59,941 nucleotides of DNA from Gammaproteobacteria bacterium (GCA_022627515.1 JAKEGK010000053.1:1-59941); one strand, 5' to 3'. Shown: positions 49,079 to 59,748, numbered from the stretch's first letter. The notes: generated by a model not told the origin, from the sequence alone. Translations and numbers: made by a program.

Positions 49079-50530
49079 TCATAAACTCCATTCATGGACG
49101 GGCAGACCACTGTTTTGCCGCTCGATATAGGCTTTAGTCAGAGTTTGCATGTTTCTGCCAAAGCGCGCGGTAAATGCCCGTTGCCATGCCGCACCATTGC
49201 GGGCGCTATTGGTCCGTTGTTCGATGATTCCAAGATAGGTAGAGATATCCTTCGCGTCAATTCCGGCCGTTTCCAGCCCATGCGCCGCGCTCGGCAGCAA
49301 TTCTTTCAGAATCAGAGTGCGAATACTGCTTTTACTGCCGTCGAGCCACACCATGTGTCCATCGTAAGCAAATTTTGCCGCGTTATAGAAATTGTCACGC
49401 GCCTGATTGAAGGGCAACTGCATTTCAGGCGGTATTTCCCGCCGCATCAGGTGGCTGACCAGGCCGAAATAAAACGCGGCATTGGCCACCGCGTCGATTA
49501 CGCTGGGGCCGGCCGGAATTACCCGGTGCTCAATGCGTATGTGCCCTTTGTTGCCGGCAAAGCCAATCAATGGCCGGTTCCAGCGCCACAAGGTGCCGTT
49601 GTGCAACCGGACATGGCTGAATCGATCCAGAGGATCTTCGATATGTTCCGGTAACAGGACCGGATAGTGTTCCAGGTTTTCGGTAAAGCACTCGAACACA
49701 GATTCATGCAGATAACCGGAACCGAAAGTGACACGCCGCATCGGGCCGTGCGCCGCGGGATCATAGCCGCCCACTTCCACCGCCTGTTCAAACAGGGGCA
49801 CGCGGGTTTCCGCCCAGAGATCCTTGCCGCATAAGAACGGGGAATTGGCCGCGGCGGCGACGGTGGCGGCGGATACGATGATCGAGGCGTTGTACGCCCT
49901 CACCGCCAGCTGCGCCGGTACCTGTAAATGAATCTGGAACGAAGTAGTCGCCGATTCAAACATGACGTGGCTATGCGATGCCTGTAAATGATCCGCGCCA
50001 TAGATGTTCAATTTCAGCGGCCGGCCCTCACGTAAACGCAACACCTGTTCGTTCAGCGCGCGATAGCGGTTCATGGCCGACATGTGTTGCATCGTAAGAT
50101 GGCTTTCATCCACAGTGGGGAGAATGCCAATCATGACTAAATGGCTTTCCAGCTGATTGGCGGCCTGGCCGCCTTTTTGCCACTGATCCGCCATTTCCTG
50201 CTCGGTCAATGACAGCAGCTTGCCCCGCAGTTCCCGTGGCGTGTAATTGAACTCTACATTAAAACTGGCCAGTTCTGGGCTGAGAGTGGGATTGGCCATG
50301 AGCCGCAAGAACTGGGTATTGATGGGCGCCGGCAGCCAGTTTTTGTCAACTAACCAGGCTTCCAGCTCATAACCCGCCACTGTGCGATCATTATCGAAGC
50401 GTTGTTCGGCGAACCACTGGCCGAGCAGCTCGGTTTCCTGTTTCAGGCGGATTAAAAACCGCTGGAAATCCTGTTTGTTAAAGCGCGAGCCGTCGATTTC
50501 CTGTCCCATGGCGAACTCCGGTAAATTCAA
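49079..50530 (-). CDS. GCS2-type carboxylate-amine ligase (glutamate-cysteine-ligase family 2 like)
   Basis: 483 aa. GYELEAWLV, SPELASFNVEFN and FQIHLQV motifs plus an IEHRV.PAGPS-type C-terminal region resemble the YbdK/GCS2 fold. The substrate is not inferable. Confidence 0.7.
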   Translation of the reverse strand: MNLPEFAMGQEIDGSRFNKQDFQRFLIRLKQETELLGQWFAEQRFDNDRTVAGYELEAWLVDKNWLPAPINTQFLRLMANPTLSPELASFNVEFNYTPRELRGKLLSLTEQEMADQWQKGGQAANQLESHLVMIGILPTVDESHLTMQHMSAMNRYRALNEQVLRLREGRPLKLNIYGADHLQASHSHVMFESATTSFQIHLQVPAQLAVRAYNASIIVSAATVAAAANSPFLCGKDLWAETRVPLFEQAVEVGGYDPAAHGPMRRVTFGSGYLHESVFECFTENLEHYPVLLPEHIEDPLDRFSHVRLHNGTLWRWNRPLIGFAGNKGHIRIEHRVIPAGPSVIDAVANAAFYFGLVSHLMRREIPPEMQLPFNQARDNFYNAAKFAYDGHMVWLDGSKSSIRTLILKELLPSAAHGLETAGIDAKDISTYLGIIEQRTNSARNGAAWQRAFTARFGRNMQTLTKAYIERQNSGLPVHEWSL

Positions 50531-50724
50531 TATTAACAGGCACTAACAACAAGTTAGGCACAGGCGGCGGGAGAATGCCAGTCTTTCCGGCGTGATCGGC
50601 TTTTGCCGGTGCGCTAAACCCGGAAAATGCCACGGATATTTTCGCAAATGGGGCCGCGCGCGTTATACTTAGCCGCTTTTCAGTGTCGTGAAACTCATTC
50701 AAATTACCAACATCTTAAACGAAC

Positions 50725-51666
50725 ATGTCCAAGCAGAAAATTGATGTAACCACCTTTCAGGGTTTAATCTTCGCGCTGCAGGCCTATTGGTCTGAACAAG
50801 GCTGCGTGATTTTGCAACCGTACGATATGGAAGTCGGCGCCGGTACCTTTCATCCGGCGACCTTCCTGCGCGCCATAGGTCCGGAACCCTGGAGCGCGGC
50901 GTATGTGCAGCCCTCGCGCCGGCCCACGGATGGCCGCTACGGGCAAAATCCCAACCGGCTGCAACACTATTATCAGTTTCAGGTTGTTATCAAGCCTTCG
51001 CCGCTGGACATTCAGGAGCTGTACCTCGGTTCACTGAAAATGCTGGGCTTTGATCCGCTGGTGCATGATATCCGTTTCGTCGAGGATAACTGGGAATCAC
51101 CGACCCTCGGCGCGTGGGGCCTGGGCTGGGAGGTGTGGTTGAATGGCATGGAAGTCACCCAGTTCACGTATTTTCAGCAAGTCGGCGGCCTGGAATGCAA
51201 ACCGGTTACCGGAGAGATTACCTATGGGCTGGAGCGGCTCGCCATGTATTTGCAGAACGTTGATAGTGTGTTTGAGCTGGTCTGGACCGACGGTCCCCTG
51301 GGCAAAGTAAGTTATGGCGACGTGTTTCATCAGAACGAAGTCGAAATGTCTACGTACAATTTTGAAAAGGCCAATGTCCCGGAATTGTTTCACCAATTTG
51401 ATATTTGCGAACAGGAAAGCAACCAGTTAATCGCCAGTGATCTGCCCCTGCCCGCGTATGAAATGGTCCTGAAGGCTTCGCATTTATTCAACCTGCTCGA
51501 TGCCCGCCACGCCATTTCCGTCACCGAGCGCGCGCGTTTTATCGGCCGGGTGCGCGCCTTGTCGCGGGCCGTGGCGCAAGCCTATTACGACCGGCGCGAA
51601 GCATTGGGGTTTCCCATGCTGCAGGCTGGCAGCAAAGCGGCGGCCAGGAAAGGAGGCAAGTCATAA
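50725..51666 (+). CDS. glyQ: Glycine-tRNA ligase alpha subunit
   Basis: [40 protein letters not shown]..., canonical GlyQ. Confidence 0.97.
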   Translation: MSKQKIDVTTFQGLIFALQAYWSEQGCVILQPYDMEVGAGTFHPATFLRAIGPEPWSAAYVQPSRRPTDGRYGQNPNRLQHYYQFQVVIKPSPLDIQELYLGSLKMLGFDPLVHDIRFVEDNWESPTLGAWGLGWEVWLNGMEVTQFTYFQQVGGLECKPVTGEITYGLERLAMYLQNVDSVFELVWTDGPLGKVSYGDVFHQNEVEMSTYNFEKANVPELFHQFDICEQESNQLIASDLPLPAYEMVLKASHLFNLLDARHAISVTERARFIGRVRALSRAVAQAYYDRREALGFPMLQAGSKAAARKGGKS

Positions 51667-53756
51667 TGAGCGTGAATGATGCGAAGCATGACTTGTTGAT
51701 TGAAATCGGCACCGAAGAATTGCCGCCCAAGGCGTTAAAGCGTCTTGCCATGGCGTTTCATGACGGCGTTAAAGCAGGCTTGGAAAAAGCCAGTCTTGAC
51801 TTTGAGGGCCTGCAATGGTTTGCCACCCCGCGCCGGCTGGCGTTGCTTGTCAACCGGCTCGATAGCCGGCAAACGGATCGGAGCGTGCAGCGCCGTGGTC
51901 CAGCATTGACCGCGGCCTTCGGTGATGATGGTTGCCCGACCCCGGCGGCCAAGGGATTTGCCCGGTCTTGTGGCGTGGAAGTGGAAGAGCTGGAACGCCT
52001 GGAAACCGCCAACGGCGCATGGCTGGTGTTTAATAGCACGGAACCAGGGCAGGTGGCGGTGTCCTTGATACCCGCCATCGTGCAAAGCTCGCTGGATCAA
52101 TTACCCATTCCCAAACGCATGCGCTGGGGATCGTTAGCGGCGGAATTCGTGCGCCCGGTGCACTGGGTGGTGTTGCTGTTTGGCGATACAGTGATTGACG
52201 CGCAAATCCTGTCGGTCAAAGCGGGGCGTGAAACCCGTGGTCATCGCTTTCACCATCCCGGGAAATTATATCTGGCCGAACCCAGGGCATATGCGCCTTT
52301 ACTTGAAACCGAAGGCCGGGTCATCGCGGACTTTGCGCAACGCCGCGAAGCCATTCGCGCCCAGGTGCTGGAAGCGGCGAATCAACTCAAGGGCAAGGCG
52401 GTTATCGATGAAGAACTGCTGGATGAAGTGACATCCATGGTGGAATGGCCGGAAGCCGTCACGGGCAGTTTTGAACAACGCTTTTTAGACGTACCGCCGG
52501 AAGTGCTGATCATGACCATGAAAACCAATCAGAAATATTTTCACGTGGTGGATGCCAGGGGAAAACTGCTGCCGCATTTTATTACCGTCGCCAATATCAG
52601 CAGCAAAGATATTGACAAGGTACGGCGCGGCAACGAAAAAGTGGTGCGCCCGCGCCTGGTCGATGCGGAATTTTTCTGGAACCAGGATCGCCAGATCAAA
52701 CTCTTTGAGCGCCTTGAACGGCTGGCCAGCGTGGTGTTCCAGCAACAACTCGGCACCGTGCATGACAAGGTGCAGCGCGTGGCCCGGCTCTCCCGTGCTA
52801 TGGCGGAGCATTTAAAGTTTGACGCACCCCTTGCGGAGCGCGCCGCGCTGCTGAGCAAATGCGATTTGCTGACGGACATGGTGGGCGAATTCCCCGCCCT
52901 GCAGGGCATTATGGGACGTTATTATGCGCTGCATGACGGTGAAGATCCGCAACTGGCCCAGGCGCTGGACGAGCAATACCAGCCGCGCTTTGCCGGCGAT
53001 AATCTGCCGGATACCACCCTGGGACAGATCCTCGCAATCGCCGATAAACTGGATACCCTGGTGGGCATTTTCGCGATTAACCAGATCCCCACTGGCGATA
53101 AAGATCCTTTTGCCTTGCGCCGCGCCGCTCTGGGTGTGTTGCGCATCATGATTGAAAAGCAACTTTCCCTGGATCTTGTGAAATTGTTGCAGCAGGCGGC
53201 GGATCAGTTTAAAACCGTGCTGCCAAAGCTGGATACAGCGGCGGTCGTCACTCAGTGTTATGACTTTATTATGGAACGTGCGCGTTCGTATTTCCTGGAG
53301 TCCGGGATACGGCCGGATGTGTTTGACGCGGTGCTGGCCCAGCAGCCCGGCCGGCCGTTTGATTTTGACCGCCGTATCCGCGCGGTCACCGCGTTTCGCG
53401 CGTTGCCGGAAGCGGAAAGCCTTTCCGCAGCGAACAAGCGTATCGCCAATATTTTGAAAAACCTTGGCAAGGTGAATCCGCGCATCGACGAGTCACTCCT
53501 GCAGGCGGCAGCGGAAAAAAATCTTTATCACACACTGCAGAAACTCACTGCTACAGTTGCTCCCCTGTTTGCCAGGCATGACTATCAAAAAGCCCTGTTT
53601 GAACTCGCGCAACTGCGTGAAGCCGTAGACCGGTTTTTTGATGATGTGATGGTGATGGTGGATGATGAAGCATTAAAGCAAAACCGGCTGGCAATACTGG
53701 AAAATCTGCGGCAGCTGTTTTTGCAGGTCGCCGACTTGTCGCGTTTGCAAAGCTAA
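51666..53756 (+). CDS. glyS: Glycine-tRNA ligase beta subunit
   Basis: 696 aa beginning LLIEIGTEELPPKAL. The start overlaps the glyQ stop (TAATG). Confidence 0.96.
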   Translation: MSVNDAKHDLLIEIGTEELPPKALKRLAMAFHDGVKAGLEKASLDFEGLQWFATPRRLALLVNRLDSRQTDRSVQRRGPALTAAFGDDGCPTPAAKGFARSCGVEVEELERLETANGAWLVFNSTEPGQVAVSLIPAIVQSSLDQLPIPKRMRWGSLAAEFVRPVHWVVLLFGDTVIDAQILSVKAGRETRGHRFHHPGKLYLAEPRAYAPLLETEGRVIADFAQRREAIRAQVLEAANQLKGKAVIDEELLDEVTSMVEWPEAVTGSFEQRFLDVPPEVLIMTMKTNQKYFHVVDARGKLLPHFITVANISSKDIDKVRRGNEKVVRPRLVDAEFFWNQDRQIKLFERLERLASVVFQQQLGTVHDKVQRVARLSRAMAEHLKFDAPLAERAALLSKCDLLTDMVGEFPALQGIMGRYYALHDGEDPQLAQALDEQYQPRFAGDNLPDTTLGQILAIADKLDTLVGIFAINQIPTGDKDPFALRRAALGVLRIMIEKQLSLDLVKLLQQAADQFKTVLPKLDTAAVVTQCYDFIMERARSYFLESGIRPDVFDAVLAQQPGRPFDFDRRIRAVTAFRALPEAESLSAANKRIANILKNLGKVNPRIDESLLQAAAEKNLYHTLQKLTATVAPLFARHDYQKALFELAQLREAVDRFFDDVMVMVDDEALKQNRLAILENLRQLFLQVADLSRLQS

Positions 53757-53786
53757 AATTAACGATGAACCTTCCAGGATGAGAAT

Positions 53787-54119
53787 ATGAACCCGGATTC
53801 TTACAACGACATGCTGGCCGAAGTGCAGTTCTTTCACGACAAGCACGATTTCAAAAACACCGGCGGCGAGGAGCTGATGTACCGCGTGGCGTTAATGGCG
53901 GAAGAGCTGGGTGAAATTTCCAGCTGTGTCAGCAAGGGCAAGTCCAAAGAGAAACTTACCGAAGAATGCGCGGATTTGTTCATCTTGCTTATTGGTACCG
54001 CCATCGCCGCGGATTTCGATTTGAAACAGGCCTTCTGGGACAAGATGGAAAAGCTGCAAAAACGCGAGTCCAAAATGATCAACGGCCGCATCCGGGTATC
54101 TGATTTTCGCGACGTATGA
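53787..54119 (+). CDS. MazG-like nucleotide pyrophosphohydrolase domain protein
   Basis: 110 aa with an EELGE...E..D metal-binding helix pattern (MAEELGEISS...LTEECADLFILLIG). Confidence 0.68.
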   Translation: MNPDSYNDMLAEVQFFHDKHDFKNTGGEELMYRVALMAEELGEISSCVSKGKSKEKLTEECADLFILLIGTAIAADFDLKQAFWDKMEKLQKRESKMINGRIRVSDFRDV

Positions 54120-54670
54120 GCCAGCCGTTGATTATTCTTGACCGAGACGGGGTGATTAATGAAGACTCCGACGACTATATCAAGTCTACGGATGAATTCA
54201 TTCCGATTGCCGGCAGCCTGGCCGCGATTGCGAAATTAACCCGCGCGGGTTATACCGTTGTGGTTGCCACCAATCAATCCGGTATCGCGCGTGGTTATTT
54301 TAACGCAGCCACGCTGCACGCCATGCATGATAAACTTCGCACCCTGCTGGAGGCTGAAGGAGGGCGCATTGACAATATCTATTATTGTCCGCATGGCCCC
54401 GGCGACAACTGCAATTGCCGCAAGCCCAAACCGGGTTTGCTGCAGCAGATACTGAAGGATTACCCGGTCGATCCTGCGGACGCGGTATCCATCGGCGATT
54501 CCCTGCGTGATTTGCAGGCCGCGCAGGCCGTGGGTATTCCCAACATGCTGGTTCGCACCGGCAAAGGGAAAAAAACCGAAGCGCAACTGGCGCAAAACAG
54601 CACTTTCGCTGCGGTGCCGGTATTTGATAATTTAAGTGAAGCGGTGGACGCTTTACTGGCGCAACAATAG
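54116..54670 (+). CDS. gmhB: D-glycero-beta-D-manno-heptose-1,7-bisphosphate 7-phosphatase
   Basis: HAD motif LDRDGVIN, the zinc-binding region CPHGP...C.CRKPKPG, and GDSLRD. It overlaps the upstream stop by 4 nt. Confidence 0.9.
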   Translation: MSQPLIILDRDGVINEDSDDYIKSTDEFIPIAGSLAAIAKLTRAGYTVVVATNQSGIARGYFNAATLHAMHDKLRTLLEAEGGRIDNIYYCPHGPGDNCNCRKPKPGLLQQILKDYPVDPADAVSIGDSLRDLQAAQAVGIPNMLVRTGKGKKTEAQLAQNSTFAAVPVFDNLSEAVDALLAQQ

Positions 54671-54686
54671 TTAGTTCGCTATTGCC

Positions 54687-55430
54687 ATGATATACATTCG
54701 TTCGCTGATCTTTACGATTATCATGATTACCACCGTTCCGGTGTTTGTATTGCCGGGATTGCTGTTGTATCCATTTCCGTACAAAATACGTTATGGATTT
54801 TTGTCCTGCTGGGCGAAATCCGTCGTGTGGTGGCTGAAGCTGATTTGTAATCTGCGCCATGAAGTCATTAATCCGGAAAAAATACCGCAGGGTCCGGCCA
54901 TTGTTTTTTGCAAGCATCAGTCGGCATGGGAAACCATTGCCTTGCAGGCGATCTTTCCACCGCAGGTTTGGGTGCTCAAGCATGAATTGATAAGAATCCC
55001 GGTATTTGGCTGGGCGCTTGCCATGCTCGAATCCATCGCGATCGATCGAGCCTCCGGCCGCAAAGCTGTTGAACAAATTGTCGAACAGGGTAAACAAAGG
55101 CTCGACAGCGGCAAGTGGATCGTGATTTTCCCCGAAGGCACACGGGTGGCGCCGGGGCAACGCAAGAAATTTGGTATCGGCGGCGCGGTGCTGGCCGAAC
55201 AGACCGGATACCCGATAGTGCTGGTGGCGCATAACGCCGGGGATTTCTGGCGCCGCCGCAGCCTGGTCAAACGGCCCGGGGTCATCAAAGTCGTTATAGG
55301 CCCGACGATTGATCCCGCCGGTAAATCCGCCGACGAGATAAAAGATATTGCCGAGCAATGGATTAACGGCACTGTGGATGAAATCAGCGTTAGCAAGGCA
55401 ATTAATGGGGTTGAATCCGCGGCTGTTTAA
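54687..55430 (+). CDS. plsC: 1-acyl-sn-glycerol-3-phosphate acyltransferase
   Basis: Acyltransferase motifs CKHQSAWE (HX4D-type block, H..E variant) and FPEGTR. Confidence 0.86.
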   Translation: MIYIRSLIFTIIMITTVPVFVLPGLLLYPFPYKIRYGFLSCWAKSVVWWLKLICNLRHEVINPEKIPQGPAIVFCKHQSAWETIALQAIFPPQVWVLKHELIRIPVFGWALAMLESIAIDRASGRKAVEQIVEQGKQRLDSGKWIVIFPEGTRVAPGQRKKFGIGGAVLAEQTGYPIVLVAHNAGDFWRRRSLVKRPGVIKVVIGPTIDPAGKSADEIKDIAEQWINGTVDEISVSKAINGVESAAV

Positions 55431-55516
55431 TTTCATGGACGATGGTAGCGGCAGAATGTATGCTAGCGCAGTCACTGGTTTGCGCCAGGGATGGCTGTCA
55501 AAGAGTTTACGATATT

Positions 55517-55593
55517 GCGCCCGTAGCTCAGTTGGATAGAGTGTTGGCCTCCGAAGCCAAAGGTCGGTGGTTCGAATCCACTCGGGCGCGCCA
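55517..55593 (+). tRNA. tRNA-Arg (anticodon CCG), CCA encoded
   Basis: GCGCCCGTAGCTCAGTTGGATAGAGTGTTGGCCTCCGAAGCCAAAGGTCGGTGGTTCGAATCCACTCGGGCGCGCCA. The cloverleaf is complete, with a 7-bp acceptor stem, anticodon loop CU-CCG-AA and T-loop GGTTCGAATCC. It closely resembles E. coli tRNA-Arg(CCG). Confidence 0.96.
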
Positions 55594-55597
55594 GACA

Positions 55598-55632
55598 AAA
55601 ACGGCGATTCTTTTGAATCGCCGTTTTTTTTG
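55598..55632. terminator. Bidirectional rho-independent terminator (tRNA-Arg / CBS gene)
   Basis: AAAAACGGCGATTC-TTTT-GAATCGCCGTTTTTTTT: a perfect 11-bp stem flanked by an A-run and a T-run. It lies between convergent genes. Confidence 0.85.
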
Positions 55633-55665
55633 CCATAAAAAACTGGAATACATAACAGGATAAAG

Positions 55666-56262
55666 TTAAGCCGACAACACCACCTTTTCAACATCGGCGA
55701 ACGTATGGGCGCGTATACTGGGCTCAATATGCATGCCGAGCTGGTGGCTGATTTGTGACGTGGAAAAAATACCGCGAACGATGGATTCACCCACTTCTGT
55801 TTTATCAACAACCAACGTATGCTGGCGTCCCAATTGGTTCATGGTTTGCACAACATCGCCAACATAAGCCTTCTGAACATCGCTTAATAACAAAACTTCC
55901 AGGGCATCAACCGCCGTCATGATATCCTGCACTATTATGTCATCGTGACTGCCGCCATGTTCCTTTAAATACTGTACCGGTTTTTCACCCAGCACATCAG
56001 TTGATGTGACAATACCCATCAGTTTCCCATCATTGCCGGTGACAAATAACAAGCGTACACCGCATGCGATCATCTTTTCATTGGTTGCGTTGATACCCGC
56101 GGTTGGTTCAATACTAAATGGGGTAATTTCATGGAGATCCGTCATAACCAGGATGGCCGGATCATCCAGAGAGACATCAGTAGCCCGGTTGATTGTGCGC
56201 TGATTCACTTTGGTGTGGTGTTCCGCGGAATAATGAGGCAGAGCTTTGTACTTGTTAACCAT
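55666..56262 (-). CDS. CBS-domain pair protein
   Basis: 198 aa with two CBS repeats ([20 protein letters not shown]; [22 protein letters not shown]). Confidence 0.8.
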   Translation of the reverse strand: MVNKYKALPHYSAEHHTKVNQRTINRATDVSLDDPAILVMTDLHEITPFSIEPTAGINATNEKMIACGVRLLFVTGNDGKLMGIVTSTDVLGEKPVQYLKEHGGSHDDIIVQDIMTAVDALEVLLLSDVQKAYVGDVVQTMNQLGRQHTLVVDKTEVGESIVRGIFSTSQISHQLGMHIEPSIRAHTFADVEKVVLSA

Positions 56263-56757
56263 GACAACCTCCTCGTGACGTGTCCGATAAAGACCCTTTC
56301 ATTCAACATATATGAAGAATTTGCTGATTAACAGATAAAATCCATAAGAGTTTCTAATGATATAAACAACACTTATAGATAGTATGGCTATGCTTCCCCT
56401 GATTAACCTAATCGTGTGTCTAATACCTGGCTCTAAGTCACCCTAACTTTTTGATTATTGAATTTTTCTTTGATCCGTTATATCTATCTAATATTCCGAT
56501 AATCCGCAGGCGAATGTTTGGGTGTTAATGACAGCAGATAGTTTTATCCACCATATTCTTTAAACTTTTTGTCTGTGGTTTCAACAGCTTTCCTCTACTT
56601 ATAGCTCATAAAGATTGATTTTACCCCGCCGATATCTCTATTAACGCAGTGTTATTAATTGCTTGTGAACGTCCAGTTTCATAGGCCGCCAAAAACATGT
56701 GCCGTTACGTTACTGTGAATCAGCCAACGATACGTGGCTAAGCAGAGAGAGTCGCCG

Positions 56758-57141
56758 ATGACCGAACGGTGGTACCGGTTAATTCAGGGCATTTATTTGC
56801 TGATCGCGCTTTATATTGAGCACGATATGATGGTGTATGGCTTCATGGTTGTGCTTGCACTTGAAGCCTTGACCAATCTGCGGTTGCCGATCGTGCTAAG
56901 CCAGTTGCGGCAGGGCAAACACGGCACGGACTTTCCTGATTCTTCCAGGTGCACGACCTTCAATATCGATTCCGAGCGCCTGCTAAGAATTGTTGTGGTT
57001 TTGTTTTTGCTGTTAAGTTATGTGTTTTTTGCAGAGCCTATCTGGTTTTTTCCCTGGTTTGTCGCGGCCATGTTACTGCTCGCCGGGATCACCAATATTT
57101 GCCCCATGGTGATGATGTTTCAATACCTGGGATTCAGATAG
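56758..57141 (+). CDS. DUF2892 (YgaP-like) small membrane protein
   Basis: Hydrophobic helices and the C-terminal GITNICPMVMMFQYLGF motif (G..CP......LG). The start is taken at ATG 56758. Confidence 0.62.
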   Translation: MTERWYRLIQGIYLLIALYIEHDMMVYGFMVVLALEALTNLRLPIVLSQLRQGKHGTDFPDSSRCTTFNIDSERLLRIVVVLFLLLSYVFFAEPIWFFPWFVAAMLLLAGITNICPMVMMFQYLGFR

Positions 57142-57156
57142 TAAAAGAACAACCGC

Positions 57157-59379
57157 ATGATTGATACCGATAAAAACAAAAAACCAAATGACTGGCAAAG
57201 GAACTGGGGCAGCAGCATCGCCGTAAAGGTCACGGCGCCGCTATTCTGGATTCTCATCACCGTTGGTTTGATAATTGCGACAATTATTCAAAATCGTTTC
57301 GGCGGGGAGTTGCCGCGCAGGATTTCAGCCGATGCTGACCGCATTGCATATGCGGTCAGCAGTTACCTGGTGGAACTCGAAGGCGGCCAGCCACTGGATT
57401 TGCAGCAAGTCATAGAGAGCGCCATGATGGGAACTCATTTTCTTGGCGGAGACATTACAGTTGGTTTGCGCAATGTGCATGCCGGCGAAACAATTTCAGA
57501 CAAGAATGGGTTAGAGCAGGTAAAACGCCTGATACCGTTCACAAATAAAATCACCGGCGGTGATTCGTTACTTGCGGAGCTGGCGCTTTACCACAAGCCG
57601 CATATACGGATTATCAAGGATCAGCGCAAACATATGCTGCTGCAGTTCGGCCTGGTGTTTTTTATATTTGGCCTGTTGCTGGCGGGGCTGATTCACGTGA
57701 TTGTTACCAAGCCCATTTTCCGCTTGTTATCCGCGACCAAGGCTGTTTCAGAAGGCGATATGACCTCGCGTCTTGAAAATGACCGGCAGGATGAATTTGG
57801 CGAACTGACGGAATTTTTCAATCGTATGCTGGACAAATTGCAAAATAAGCAGGACGAATTGTCGCTGGCGGTCAAAGTCGCCGAGTCCGCCAGTAACGCG
57901 AAAAGCGCATTTCTTGCCAATATGAGCCATGAAATCCGCACACCTTTAACCGCCATACTGGGATTCTCTGAAATGTTGAAGGAAGACGACATCGCCAAAA
58001 CTGAAATTCACCAGTACGTGGAAAGCATAATCCGCGCGGGCAACCATTTACAGCAGATCATTAATGATATCCTGGACATGTCAAAAATAGAGGCCGGTCA
58101 ACTGGTGATCGAAAACAACGATGTGGACCTCTTTGAGGTGTTAAAGGATTGCGGCTATCTGATGCGGCCTTATGCGGAAGAGAAGCAGTTGAAGTTCCGG
58201 ATCAAACACAAATTTCCTTTGCCAAGCGTTATTATTACGGATGCCAAACGTTTGAAACAGGTGCTGCTGAATCTCTGCAGTAACGCCATCAAGTTTACCA
58301 GTGATGGCAATGTGGAAATCGCTGTTGACTACAACAAGGAAAAGCAGCTCGTGCAGTTTGATGTCACCGATACCGGCGTTGGCATGACGCAGAAAGAACT
58401 GGAAAGGCTGTTCAAACCGTTTTCCCAGGTGGATACGTCAACAACCCGGCAATACGGCGGTTCAGGACTGGGTCTGTGTATATGCAGGGAATTGGTGACC
58501 AGCCTGGGCGGTGAAATTGCCTGCCAAAGCCGCAAAGGGATCGGCAGCCGGTTTTTCTTTACCATTAATCCCGGTCCAATAAAAGAAGACCAGTGGGTAT
58601 ACCGCTTTCAAGAGAATGACGCTGACAGGCGTCAGTCGCAGGTTACTTTAAAACCGGGTTCATTAAGCGGCAAAGTGCTGCTGGCGGAAGATACCCTGGA
58701 TAACCAGAAACTGATCTCCATGTATATCAAGCGCGCTGGCGCGACGCCGGTTGTGGTGGAAAATGGAAAACAAGCGCTGGACAGGGCATTGTCGGAAGAA
58801 TTTGATTTGATCCTGATGGATATGCAAATGCCGGTAATGGGCGGCCTGGACGCAACCGCCAAGCTGCGAGCCACTGGCTATAAGCACCCGATTGTTGCGC
58901 TTACCGCAAATGCGCTAAAAGAGGATCGGGAACGTTCGCACAGGGCAGGAGTTGATGATTATTTGACAAAACCCGTTGACCTAAACCGTTTCAATGAAGT
59001 GTTGAACCGGTATCTAAAACCGGCACAGGTGCAAAGTAGTGAGTCTGGTTCCCGCAAACATGATCAAACCATACCGGATTTTACCGATGATCCGGAATTC
59101 CAGGCGCTGGTCAGGCGATTTGAAAATGAATTGCCGGAAAATATTCATCATATAAAGATCGCGGCGGACAAACAGGACTGGATTAATTTGAGAAGCCAGG
59201 TGCATAAATTAAAAGGATTGGGCGCGAGTTTTGGGTATCCCGAATTATCGGACATATCGGCGCAGATACAAACCGCCATTGTAAAAGAATCATTTGATAA
59301 AATTCCGTCTTTAATAGGCAAGCTGCTCACAAGTTTCCACAAGGACATCCAACAAAACAAGCGGTCTTCAAACTTTTAG
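57157..59379 (+). CDS. Hybrid sensor histidine kinase (TM-HAMP-HisKA-HATPase-REC-Hpt)
   Basis: H-box FLANMSHEIRTPL, G-box GGSGLGLCICRELV, receiver LILMDMQMPVMGG...ALTANA, and C-terminal Hpt VHKLKGLGASFGY. Confidence 0.9.
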   Translation: MIDTDKNKKPNDWQRNWGSSIAVKVTAPLFWILITVGLIIATIIQNRFGGELPRRISADADRIAYAVSSYLVELEGGQPLDLQQVIESAMMGTHFLGGDITVGLRNVHAGETISDKNGLEQVKRLIPFTNKITGGDSLLAELALYHKPHIRIIKDQRKHMLLQFGLVFFIFGLLLAGLIHVIVTKPIFRLLSATKAVSEGDMTSRLENDRQDEFGELTEFFNRMLDKLQNKQDELSLAVKVAESASNAKSAFLANMSHEIRTPLTAILGFSEMLKEDDIAKTEIHQYVESIIRAGNHLQQIINDILDMSKIEAGQLVIENNDVDLFEVLKDCGYLMRPYAEEKQLKFRIKHKFPLPSVIITDAKRLKQVLLNLCSNAIKFTSDGNVEIAVDYNKEKQLVQFDVTDTGVGMTQKELERLFKPFSQVDTSTTRQYGGSGLGLCICRELVTSLGGEIACQSRKGIGSRFFFTINPGPIKEDQWVYRFQENDADRRQSQVTLKPGSLSGKVLLAEDTLDNQKLISMYIKRAGATPVVVENGKQALDRALSEEFDLILMDMQMPVMGGLDATAKLRATGYKHPIVALTANALKEDRERSHRAGVDDYLTKPVDLNRFNEVLNRYLKPAQVQSSESGSRKHDQTIPDFTDDPEFQALVRRFENELPENIHHIKIAADKQDWINLRSQVHKLKGLGASFGYPELSDISAQIQTAIVKESFDKIPSLIGKLLTSFHKDIQQNKRSSNF

Positions 59380-59748
59380 ATTTTGCAGATTCATTCACTT
59401 CACAATAACCTCCCTGACCGCGCCCCGGTTTAACGGTTGCCTTGTGCTAATGTTGTCTGGTCCTGATCCAGAAATGGCAAAAATTCAATAACACCATTAA
59501 TAAACATAAAAATTATGTGACCGACATTGACGCATGTGGGGACGTTAAGTGAAGCTTAATCTCCGCTGTATTTGAACACAACCGAAAATCACGCGGTTAT
59601 AGCCATGTCCATGAGTAAATAAACTTAATTCCCGGGACGTGAAAAGAATTGGTTTTCAAACCGGCATTGTCAGGTAAAATTGTTTATAATGCTTTCTCAA
59701 TAATCTGGTTTACGGCAACTTTTAGCCATTAAAAGACAACTCAAGCCT

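Noticed and set aside
54300-55811. A 503-aa open reading frame on the minus strand.
   Set aside because: It runs antisense through gmhB, plsC and the tRNA-Arg gene. The sequence is low-complexity and Arg/Pro/Ala-rich with no recognisable motifs. The plus-strand genes it overlaps are unambiguous, so this is a typical shadow ORF.
56544-56552. A DnaA-box-like TTATCCACC in the CBS / DUF2892 spacer.
   Set aside because: It is a single 8/9 match far from dnaA with no cluster, which is expected by chance.
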